Positions 37,866 to 49,000 of a stretch of DNA of 64,000 nt are shown here, piece after piece. Origin of the DNA: Eledone cirrhosa (Eukaryota). Made by a program: the position numbers and the translations under genes. The number at the start of each line of letters is the position of its first letter. The first letter of the stretch is position 1. The notes under the pieces are model-generated. The model saw only the letters and a program-made list of their open reading frames with translations, did not search any database and was not told the DNA's origin. The stretch spans positions 41,850,001 through 41,914,000 of the forward strand of contig OZ024754.1 in the NCBI GenBank assembly GCA_964016885.1, given 5' to 3'.

Positions 37866-39221
37866 CTCATCCCAAGTAAGGCAATAAAGCCACTAAAATA
37901 CAAGGGATTAACCAAAAAGGGAAGAGGACAAGACAGAGAGAGAACATAATTCAAGGAATGAAAAGATGGTGATTGATGTTGACTTTCAATTTTTGCAAAT
38001 TGTAATTAGAGGTCAGTAAAGCAAGAAGATGAGATTCCATAGGTAAGATGTGTGAGGGAAGAAACTATCAGAAGAGAATTTGTGTTCTGACTTCAAACCC
38101 CACCGAAGTTAGCTTTGCCTTTCATCCTTACCGATAAAATAAAGTAGCGGTCACACATTAGGGTTATCATTGACTTTCCCCTCCTCCAAAATTGCTGGCC
38201 TTTAAGAAACCATTATTATTATTCATAGTAGAGTACCAGTAATGCACTGGGGTAAATACTGGCTTTGTGCCAAAAGTAGAAACAATTATTATTATTCATA
38301 GTTTTGAACTACATGGAGTGTTTCCTTTTTTTAAAACAAGAATTAGGCACATCTTGGTGAAGATGTTAACTAGGCTGTCGAGGGTTAACAGGTTAACCTA
38401 GGTTCTTCAGGGTTAACAAGTTAACTAAGGCTGACGAGGGTTAAGTAACCTAAGCTATTCAGGGTTAACAATTTACCTAGGGCTGTTGAGGGTTAACAAG
38501 TTACCTAGGCTGTTCAGGGTTAACATAAATATGTGAAAATGCCTTAATGCTATCTATGGGAACATGCCTGTTTATCTGTGCATGTAATTTGTCAATGTTC
38601 TTACAAAAATAGTTATGTATCACTCCAGTTATGTTGCCATTTACATTGGAATAATAAACACATTCCTCAACTGCCATGTTTTTAGTTCAACAGCTAGCTT
38701 GCTGGAATTCCTTAGCTATTCTGCCAATTTCTGCTCAAAATTCTAGATATTTAAAATTGCTATGTTGACCATTAATATGATGTTGTCATTATTGTCAAAG
38801 GGGGAAGATGTTGGGCTTAATATATGCTACCTGGTGGTCTGTCTGTGCTAAAAGTTCCGTAGTATTTTCACATAGTCATTCTCTAAGACATATGAGTATC
38901 AGAGAAATTTTTTTCTTCGTTGGAATTGTTAAAAATTGGTGGCGAGATAGATGTAGATTGAGCATCTTTGATGTTTTAGTGTGTTTCCAGGTAGATTTTG
39001 TCAGAGTTAATGTGGACATCTTTGTTCTTGATACAATGTGGCATATTCATCATCATCATCATCATCATCATTATCATCATCTGTGTCATCATTTTACCTT
39101 GTCTTTTCCCTGCTTGTGTGGATTGGACGAGTTTTTTTCCAACACACCCACCACTCTCCACTTGTAGTCATTATCAATATTTTCTTTGTAAGTCTCAGAT
39201 TTTTAAGATCAGCTCTCATCA

Positions 39222-39546
39222 CTTCTGCTCAGGTCTTTCTTGGTCATCCTCTACTGCAGCTTCCCTCCACTCCTTCACCCAGCTCTCACCACCTCCACCC
39301 AGGTCTTCCTTGGTCATCCTCTACTGCAGCTTCCCTCCACTCCCTCACCCAGCTCTCACCACCTCTGCTCAGGTCTTCCTTGGTCATCCTCTACTACAGC
39401 TTCCCTCCACTCCTTCACCCAGCTCTCACCACCTCTGCTCAGGTCTTCCTTGGTCTTCCTCTACTGCAGCTTCCCTCCACTCCTTCACCCAGCTCTCACC
39501 ACCTCCACCCAGGTCTTCCTTGGTCTTCCTTTACTGCAGCTTCCTT
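39222..39546. repeat. 70-bp minisatellite (about 4.7 copies) inside an RTE 3' fragment
   Basis: aggtct recurs at 39231, 39301, 39371, 39441 and 39511; the minus strand encodes VEGSCSRG(R/*)PRKT. Confidence 0.88.
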
Positions 39547-40127
39547 CAATATATCTTCTGCACAACATATACCATCTATCATCTGTATTGCATTGATGTG
39601 GGTGTTCTTAATATATCAAATGGTACTAGCCTGTTCCTATATTGAAAAGATGTGGGACTTAGTGGTTGGGATGTTTGTAAAGTTATGAGTTCAGTTCCCA
39701 GCAACACATTGTGTCCTTGAGCAAGATACTTTATTTCATGTTGTTCCAGTCCATTCACTACATCCTGCTGATCTACCCAAGAACTAACACTAAGGGTGCA
39801 ATGTGTCTGTGGAATGCTCAGTCACTTGCACATTAGTGTCACCAGCAGGCTGCTCAATTGTGCCATCGACTGGAACACTCATCTAAACCTACATAGACCC
39901 ACACACACACTGTTTATATTCTTCCTTTGTTTCAACAACATTAAAATAACCCTTAATTCAGCTTTTATTTTTGCCTTGGTCAGCGTTTCTCGACCCTTTC
40001 TCTTCTCCCTCTCCCCACTTTGATTCCCCCTCCCCCCCAAAAAAGAATGTGCACCCAACCCTGAAGTTAGTATACTGTTCTAGATGGCCAATATCATAAA
40101 AATTGGTTTTCATTTTGTATGATTTAA

Positions 40128-40360
40128 CTCTTTAGGTACCAAATCACCTTTGGTTCTATGTTACAAAACTTTTAAAGTATTTATATTTATCTAAAACATA
40201 ATTTTTATATAAGAACTTCTGTTAAATTAAGTTCCAAACACTGGATAGATAATGGGAAGATTATTTATAGTATTAAGTCTCTCTAAATTCTTGATTATTT
40301 TCAAAATTAATTGAAAATCATAGTCAATGTCTTTTTATTAGAAATATGGTAATGAAAAGG
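40128..40360. mobile_element. piggyBac-like MITE family 2 (TTAA-flanked); copy at 25329-25654 with an internally duplicated 5' end; end fragment at about 21042
   Basis: TTAA|CTCTTTAGGTACCA...TGGTAATGAAAAGG|TTAA. Confidence 0.68.
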
Positions 40361-41875
40361 TTAAAACTAGTAACTAATCTCATCACAATGTCTAACAACT
40401 AATCTTCTACTAGTAGCTACTGCTACCCTCATCACATTCTCTCTAAACACCTACTAATGTCACTCTACAGTTCTATAACTAAACACCTACTAATGTCACT
40501 CTACAGTTCTATAACTGCTTCTATTTTATATATTTCTTCTGATGCCTTTGGCAAGTCTACGGAAGAACTTTGGTTGATATGGCTCTGTAAACGGTTAGTT
40601 TGTTTGGCATGCTAAACTAGTGAAGGGCTGTTGCCATGGGGTTAGTGTGTTGGTCACACAATCATAAGGCTATGGGTTCAATTCCTGGACTGGATGATGT
40701 GATGTATTACTGAGCTAAGTACTTTTATTTTGTGTTGTTCTTTCTGTCAGGAGTTTTGACTGACAGATAGTATCAATAATGGAAACATTGTTTCCTTGGT
40801 CCAATCTTATGATCAATCAACTTCTTTTCCTTTTCTAAACTAGCTGAGATAGGGATTATATATCTACAAGTGCTGAGCCCTAATGATTTTTGGCTTTTTT
40901 TTTTTTCAGTGTATAGTGCAGATAAAGTCATTTTGTCTTATATATAGTTAAGGCTTTATATATATATATCCAGGTCTCTATATATATATATATCCAGATC
41001 TTTATATATATCCAGGTCTTTATATATATAGTCAAGACTTTACTTTTGCTGTTGAAGAAAAAAAATGTTTTCCTTTCTTTCGGGATTCTTTATCAGACAG
41101 ACAAACAGACAGAACAAAAAACATAAATGGTAGAGGCAAGCAATGTTTGGTATTAAGTTATCGCTTCCTAAATTTCAACACCTTCTCAAAACAAAAACTG
41201 TTGTCCATGAAATTAAGAAAAAAAAAATGCCTTTTTTTTTCTTAAAATATGCATTCATTGCAATGACAAATTCTAAATTGTTGGTTTAAAATGTTTTAAA
41301 ATGTATTCTGCAGATATTAAAAAAAAGAATTGTTTTATTTATTATTTTATTTATAGATTCTGTAGAATATATATATTTATTGTAAGATATGTTGTCTTCA
41401 CATTCTTCATTTACATTGGATAAAGAATGAAAAATAATGCCTACTTTTAATATCTTATTTAACCAAAGCTTTATGTTGGTATGCATGTATGTATATATAT
41501 ATATGTATGTGTAGATGAGTATTTTGTTTGTGTGTGTGTGTGTGTGTGATGTATCTATGTACATTTGTTTCTATGCTTTTGTTTGTTTTGTTTTGTTTTT
41601 TCTTGCTTTTTGAACAAATCTGGTAATTGAAGCTATGTCTGCAACAAGTGACTGACAACTTTAATGTAACATTCTATTCATGCTAAATAAATAAATATAA
41701 AAAAAATATGATTATAAATAAATAAATTTTCAAATGTTTCCAAATCCAGTGGAGAAGTATTTCTGCACTAATACGAAGCTTGTAAAATATTAAAACAGAA
41801 ATTATTGAAATTTGAATAAAACAGAAAATTGCTTCTCCTACTACTATAACAGTTTTATTATTATTATTATTATTA

Positions 41876-42745
41876 GGGCGAGGAATTGGCAGTATCGGTA
41901 GAGGGTCGGACGCCATGCTTTCCAGCATAGTTATGTCCCTTTACAGTCTGAGTTCAAATCCCGCTGAGGTTAACTTTGCCTTTCATCCTTACGGGGTCGA
42001 TAAAATAAAGTACCAGTAATGCACTGGGATAATCGCTGGCCTTGTGCCTAAAGTAGAAACAATTATTATTATTAAGGGCGGTGAATTGGCAGTATCGGTA
42101 GAGGGTCGGACGACATGCTTTCCAGCATAGAGTTACGGCCCTTTATGATCTGAGTTCAAAGCCCGCCGAGGTTGACTTTGCCTTTCATCCTTACGGGGTC
42201 GATAAAATAAAGTACCAGTAATGCACTGGGTAATTGCTGGCCTTGTGCTAGAGTAGAAACAATTATTATTATTAAGGGCGGTGAATTGGCAGTATCGGTA
42301 GAGGGTCGGACGACATGCTTTCCAGCATAGAGTTACGGCCCTTTATGATCTGAGTTCAAAGCCCGCCGAGGTAAACTTTTCCTTTCATCCTTACGGGGTC
42401 GATAAAATAAAGCACCAGTAATGCACTGGGGTCGATTTAATCGACTTTCCCCTCCCCCAAAATTACTGGCCTTGTGCCTATATAAGAAACCATTATTAAA
42501 GTACCAGTAATGCACTGGGTAATTGCTGGCCTTGTGCCAAAAATAGAAACAATTATTATTACTGGACAGTGAATTGGCAATATCAGTAGAGGGTCGGACG
42601 ACATGCGCTGCAGCATAGTTACGGCCCTTTACAGTCTGAGTTCAAATCCCGCCTTTCATCCTTACGGGGTCGATAAAATAAAGTACCAGTAATACACTGG
42701 TTAATTGCTGGCCTTGTGTTAAAAGTAGAAACAATTATTTATTAC
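41876..42745 (+). mobile_element. Tandem array of four copies of a second tRNA-derived SINE (about 200 bp, (ATT)n tail); dispersed copies at about 5497-5670, 15145-15340, 19555-19745, 25740-25900, 28400-28590 (-), 38085-38300, 44545-44660, 45070-45240 (-), 55810-56005 (-)
   Basis: ggcggtgaattggcagtatcggtagag...gagttcaaa(t/g)cccgccgagg...gcctttcatccttacggggtcgataaaataaagtaccag repeated head-to-tail. Confidence 0.88.
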
Positions 42746-42895
42746 TAAACTACCAGTGACCCATTGGGTCATAATTAAAATATACACAGACATGTATGTA
42801 ATATGAAATGAAACTGGAAGGCCCATATATATACATGTGTGTATGTATATATATATATAAATGTGTCTGTTTGTATATATATATATATAATAATA

Positions 42896-43378
42896 ATAAT
42901 GAAATTATTGTGTACAGTGCTCAGGTGCACTACAACTCATCAAAGGTGCATGTATAGTACATAGAATAATGTATAAATGTCAGGAAAATGAACAGTGTAT
43001 GAGTCATGATATAATAATAATAATAATGAAATATTGTGTACAGTGCCCAGGTGCACCACAACTCATCAAAAAAGTGCATGTACAGTACATAGGGCAATGC
43101 ACAAGCATCAGTAAAATTAACAGTGCACGAGTCATGATACACACATGTGTGCATGTGTATGGAAGGGGTACATATATATACATATATGCGTGTGTATATA
43201 TATATATGTGTCGGTGTCTGTGATCTATATACACTGGTCATAGACCCACTTATTATTATTATTATAGCATGACTCATACACTGTTCATTTTCCTGACATT
43301 TGTACATTATTCTATGTACTATACATGCACCTTTGATGAGTTGTAGTGCACCTGAGCACTGTACACAATAATTTCACT
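42896..43378. repeat. Inverted pair (arms about 130 bp) plus one direct copy of a dispersed repeat; another copy at about 11360-11480
   Basis: gaaattattgtgtacagtgctcaggtgcactacaactcatcaaagg... at 42901; reverse complement ends at 43376. Confidence 0.85.
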
Positions 43379-43989
43379 ATTATATATATACACACACATT
43401 CACATATATACACAACACAACCAGCTCTTCATCCCCCCCCCCCTCTCTCTCTCTGTTTATGAAGGAACCCAGAAAAACCCCATATCTCAGGAACCCGTGG
43501 TCTGATTAACGCGAAACTTGTTTTATTCCAATTGTATTCCCATTTCAGGATTTTCCTTTCAAAGTATTTTCCCATTATGCACCCTTTTGGCTGTATTACA
43601 TTACAGTCAAGCAAGCAAGCAAATGCAGACTTTTAGTATTATATAGATTATTTGCCTTTCATCCTTATGAGGTTGATAAAATAAACCCTCGGTCCGTTAC
43701 AGAGTTAAACTCTCAGACTGTTGCAGGGTTAACCCTCCAGTTAATGCTGGTACTCATTTTCAGGTGAGTATACTGGAGCAACGTGAAATTAAGTCTTTTA
43801 CTCAAGAACAACACACAACCCAGTCCAGGAATCCGTAAATTTCGTCTTAATCCTCAAATTAAATTAGAAATAAAATTTAAATAGTTTTATTCGTCAATCA
43901 ACTACGAAACTACGAAAGCAGAAGAAAAAATTAAATGATTAAAATTGAAAAATATATTTACCCTGAAAACGGCGAAAGTTAGTCTAAAT

Positions 43990-44023
43990 GGGAGATAACT
44001 CAGCCGTTAATGAGTAATCTCCC
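43990..44023. promoter_or_regulatory. Inverted 12-mer pair (GGGAGATAACTC-N10-GAGTAATCTCCC) in the putative promoter of the BTB-BACK gene
   Basis: The palindrome is directly visible; its promoter role is inferred from position only. Confidence 0.3.
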
Positions 44024-44131
44024 CTGATTTTACTGCGTTCAAATTTGAAGAAGCGATAGAAATTCAACAGATGCAAAAAATATTGCAGCTGTTGAATAAA
44101 TTGAACATTAACCAAAAGTATCTCTTCTTTG

Positions 44132-44148
44132 ATGGATAACTATAAGAG
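44132..44148 (+). CDS. Possible first exon end of the BTB-BACK gene (ATG GAT AAC TAT AAG AG|gtaaat), either coding MDNYKS or a uORF in the 5' UTR
   Basis: Unique, locally CpG-containing region at 43.9-44.15 kb ending in a donor site; in frame with the acceptor at 45691. Confidence 0.35.
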
Positions 44149-45674
44149 GTAAATATAGGTATCTACTGTTTGTTTTTTTATTAATAATAAACTGCTCCGT
44201 GAGTTTACATAGAGTGTACTAACATTGCCCCAGGATGTGGTAGTGTTCTTGTTTAACTCTAGGTCAATTCTAACCAAGTAAACCTACAATGAAAAGCATT
44301 TTCCCCGTAACTGTTCTGATATTTTGCATATCTGGAACTACATTGTTTAATCTATCATTTTTTTTTTTTTTTTTTTTTAAGACGGTAGGCTTTGATCTGG
44401 GGTAAGTTGGCTGCTCTTTCTAGCAAATTTGGTGGCCATTGTGAGATCCCGTTCTCTTATGGGTCTTGTAGCAGATCAAAATGGTGGCAATAAAACGAGC
44501 ATCATGATAGATTTAACACTTATTAATTCACCCTAAACGAATAACTTTGCCTTTCATCCTTACGGGGTCGATAAAATAAAGTACCAGTAATGTACTGGGT
44601 CGATTTAATCGCCTTTCCCCTCTCTCCAAAATTGCTGGACTTATGCCTATAAGTAGAAATCATTATCATATATGTATGTACAGATAAGGGGGCTTGAGAC
44701 CCGTAATGGAGTCATAGGAGGGTTTATATAATATACAGCGAGTTTCAAGTGTTTTAAACCTGGTGGAGCTCACCACTTCTTCAGGTTTCAACACAACCGA
44801 GAAGGAGAGAGAGAGTGTGTGTGAGAGAGAGAGAGAGTATGTGTGAGAGAGAGAGTATGTGTGAGAGAGAGAGAGTATGTGTGTGAGAGAGAGTGTATAT
44901 GTGAGAGTGTATGAGAGAGTGTATGTGTGTGAGAGTGGGGAAGAATCGATCCCAATACTAGACTGGTACTTTTTTATCGACCTCCCTCCTTATTTCACGT
45001 TTTATGAAATCGCTAAAGTTATTGAATTTTATTTAATAATTTCGGTGTGTGTGGTGGGGGGGGGGGGGCATTTTAATCGACTAACTCGACCCCAATATTT
45101 AACTGGAACTTCAGATAATTTAACACGAAGGGAACGAAAGACGAAGTTGACGTCGGCGGAATTTGAACTAAAAAAAAAACGTAAAGAGACATAACTAAAT
45201 GCTGCAAGATATTGTGTCCGATGTGCTACCGATTCTGTCTAAGTTTCTGGTATATGTGAAAGTACATTTGAGAATATTTTTCATGAGGGGCTGGGATACT
45301 TCAGGAGGTGTTGAATCAAATTCACAACTTTACAATTGTGAATCCAGCACTGTAACGTGCCCTCACTGGAATAGTAGAATTTATAATTAAAGCATTGCTT
45401 TTCTTTAATCTAAAACAGTCATGGGCAAACTGCAGTCTGGGATTCTAAATGGCACACCTAATTTCAAAATTGCCTTGAATTGTTTTAGTAGTGAGGCCCA
45501 CCTTATGATGAGCCACATCCTATGTGGGCCCACCCTATGATGAGCCACATCCTATGTAGCCCACTGCTCAAGAAAGGTTTCCCATGCCTGATCTAAAACT
45601 TGTTATTAGTTTGACACAAGTGGTATTCCAATTTGTTATTTATTAATTTTGTTTTAAAGTTTTCCTTAGTAATC

Positions 45675-46020
45675 ATGGGTATACGATTTAGTCAAGACCA
45701 GCAGGAAGCTGCCATGAAAGAAAACACTGAATATATCACTGACAAAGAACAAATTACAACTCTCTCTGCGACAGAAATCAGCTATTTAACACATATGTTC
45801 AAATTTGTCAACAATGACAGAAAGAAAGGTAAATTCTGTGACATGGTATTGTCATCTAGAAACCGTAATTTCAAGGCACATAGTACAATGCTTGCATGTA
45901 ATAGTTACATCTTTCGCCAAATAGTTGAGAAATTTTACAGTAACAAGAAGTATGTGACTATCCGTATGGATTCCATTAAACCAAACATATTTGAATTGTT
46001 GCTTGAGTACATATACACAG
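45675..46020 (+). CDS. BTB-BACK gene exon, BTB domain (MGIRF...LLLEYIYT)
   Basis: Acceptor ttccttag at 45669 (alternative at 45691); ATG at 45675; donor ACA G|gtaaga, phase 1. Confidence 0.88.
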
Positions 46021-49000
46021 GTAAGACACTTCTGTTTTTTGTAGTATTGTCTCCTGGGTATAGAACCAACACCACCTTTCCCTTGATCTAGAGTCCATCA
46101 CCCTCCCTCTTCCCCTTCCTATTCTTCTGTGACCCTAGAGCTCTTGTCCTTCCCTTCATTTTCCATTTTTAAATATTTGTAGAGTTGTTGTTATTTGAAA
46201 TAGATTTGTTTACGATTCAAATAATTGTAATTTGAAACAGTCTCACAAAATCTTCCAATGAAATACACAGTAATGTGGTTGTGTTGGTGACTTGACAAAA
46301 AGCACCCAATCTATTCTGTAAGGTGGTCGTGTTGGTGACTTGACAAAAAGCACCCAGTCAACACTGTAACGTGGTTGGTGTTAAGAAGGGTAACCAGCCA
46401 TAGAAACTAACCCAAAATACAGATCAGTATGAGCATGATGATGATGATGGTCGTGGTGGTGGTGGTGGTGGTGAGATGATAATGATATCCACTCTACAAG
46501 ACTTAGAAATAGACTGGTCAGGGAACCACGTCTTGTGTATATGTTCCATATTTTGGCATTGTTTTTATAGCTGGATGCCCTTCCTAGTGCAAACCACTTT
46601 ATAGAGTGTACTGAGTGTATTTTATTGTGACACCAGCACTACCACTTTACAGCATGTACTGGGTGTATTTTATTGTGACACCAAGCACTACCACTTTACA
46701 GAGTGTACTGGGTGTATTTTATTGTGACACCAGCACTAGAGAGGATATCATATAGGGAGCTGTGGTGTCATGTGATCAGATGGGGACTAACAGAGAATCT
46801 CTTTCTTCATTGACTATCGTAATGCATGAATGTGCCTTGGTGAATTCTAGGGAGACCTGAGAATTTCCAGAGTCTGGATAGGTAGAGTTTCATGGATTTA
46901 TGCCACTAGAGTGACATTTAGGGCAGGACTGGCAAAATAAGGGAATTTACATTTTCCTTTTCACATCTGCAACCACATATACATCGGAAAGAAGTTTAAA
47001 CAACAAAAAGTATTTTGTTAAATTTTATTTTTAGGTAAACTGTGTTTGAGAAAAACAGTAAAGAAGTTTAACCCTTTAGAATTTACATTACTCTATATTA
47101 ACTATTATATTTTCATGAAAAACACTTTATTTCACATGACTATTTTACATTATATTAAATCTACGAGAGCTTGATATTATTTTGAGAACAATACCTTAAC
47201 ATAAGTATGAGCAGCCAGTTACAGCTGGTTTGAACAGAAAAAGGTGAGAGAATTCTGGCCGGATATAGCCGGTTAAATTTGTTAAATTTTATTTTTATGT
47301 AACCTGTTTGATAAAAAACAGTAAAAAAGTTTAAACCTAAATGATTTTGTTAAATTTTATTTTTAGGTAAACTGTGTTTGAGAAAAAAGAATGTTGCTGA
47401 GGTTTTTATAGCTGCTACATATTTAAAGATGCCAAGTATTTGTGAACTCTGTATTAATTTCATTGATGATATGGATGTAGAACAAGCTTTATTAATAATT
47501 ACAACTAAAAACCTACCATGTTCAAATGATGTATTTCGTAAGGTTTATCATTTCATTGAAAATAACTTTCATAAAGTCTGTCAACACGAATTTTACCTGA
47601 ATATAGGAGTCATTGTTTTGTCAAGACTTTTGTCAAGTAATAACTTAAACGTAAAATGGGAACTGGAGGTGCTTGGCAACTTGCTAAAATGGACGTACCA
47701 TAGCTTCAAGGAGCGGGAGAGCTACTTTACAACACTCGTTAAATATGTTCGCTTCACCCAAATGACCCTCCAGGAATTACGCTATGCTTGTACCATGGCC
47801 AAACTATTTCCAGAATCCAGTGTCTGCCAAATTGTTGTCGTGGAAGCTGCTCGGTAACTGTTTGTTACTTAATACTTGTTTCATACACATTTGCAATGTT
47901 ACATTTGCTGCATACACATACACAAACATACACATACTCAAACACGCACACACACACACACACAACACACTTGCACACACACACACACACACACACACAA
48001 CAGACATACACACACATGTGCACACATACACACACATGCACACACACACACACAACAGACATACACACACACACACACAAACAGACATACACACATGGGC
48101 ACACACACACACATGTACATACATACACACACACGCACATATATGTATGCACATGAGGCTCTACATGTGAAAATATATAAACAGTCATGACAGAGAGAGA
48201 AGGGGGAGATAGAGAAGAAGTGAGAGAGAGAGTGAGAGCCAGCATGGTTCCAGAGCTGACCCACCACCCCCTTGACCAGAACCCTAGACCTTCAGGTATT
48301 ACAGATACCCTCTGGCACTTCAGTAGTTCATCCCATTACATAAAAAAATCTTGACAGGCCCCTAGCACCTACTGGAACCCTAGACACCCCATGTCAATTT
48401 GACAGGGCTCTAGACACCCCATGTCAACTTGACAGGCCTTTAGACACCCCACACCCATGTCAATTTGACAGGCCCCCAGACACCCCATGTCAATTTGACA
48501 GGCCCCTGGCACCTGCTGGAACCCTAGACACCCCATGTCAACCTTAGACTGGATCATACGGTCTATAATGGTTGACATCAAAGTTGAATGATAGTTCATA
48601 ATCATTTTCAACACATCTAGTAGCAGTTCTATATAGTTAGGTCCCCATGAGGTACAAGGTAAATATAGAACATCTAGTAGCAGTTCTATATAGTTAGGTC
48701 GCCATGAGGTACAAGGTAAATATAGAACATCTAGTAGCAGTTCTGTATAGTTAGGTCGCCATGAGGTACAAGGTAAATACAGAACATCTAGTGGCAGTTC
48801 TATATAGTTAGGTCCCCATGAGGTACAAGGTAAATATAGAACATCTAGTAGCAGTTCTATATAGTTAGGTCGCCATGAGGTACAAGGTAAATAGAGAACA
48901 TCTAGTAGCAGTTCTATATAGTTAGGTCGCCATGAGGTACAAGGTAAATACAGAACATCTAGTGACAGTTCTATATAGTTAGGTGACATGAGGTACAAGG

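Noticed and set aside
44735-44790. Hammerhead-like CTGAAGA...GAAAC motif on the minus strand (also ctgatga at about 27821)
   Set aside because: Stem II can form but stem I does not pair, and the second site lacks GAAA; at most these are decayed Penelope-like ends.
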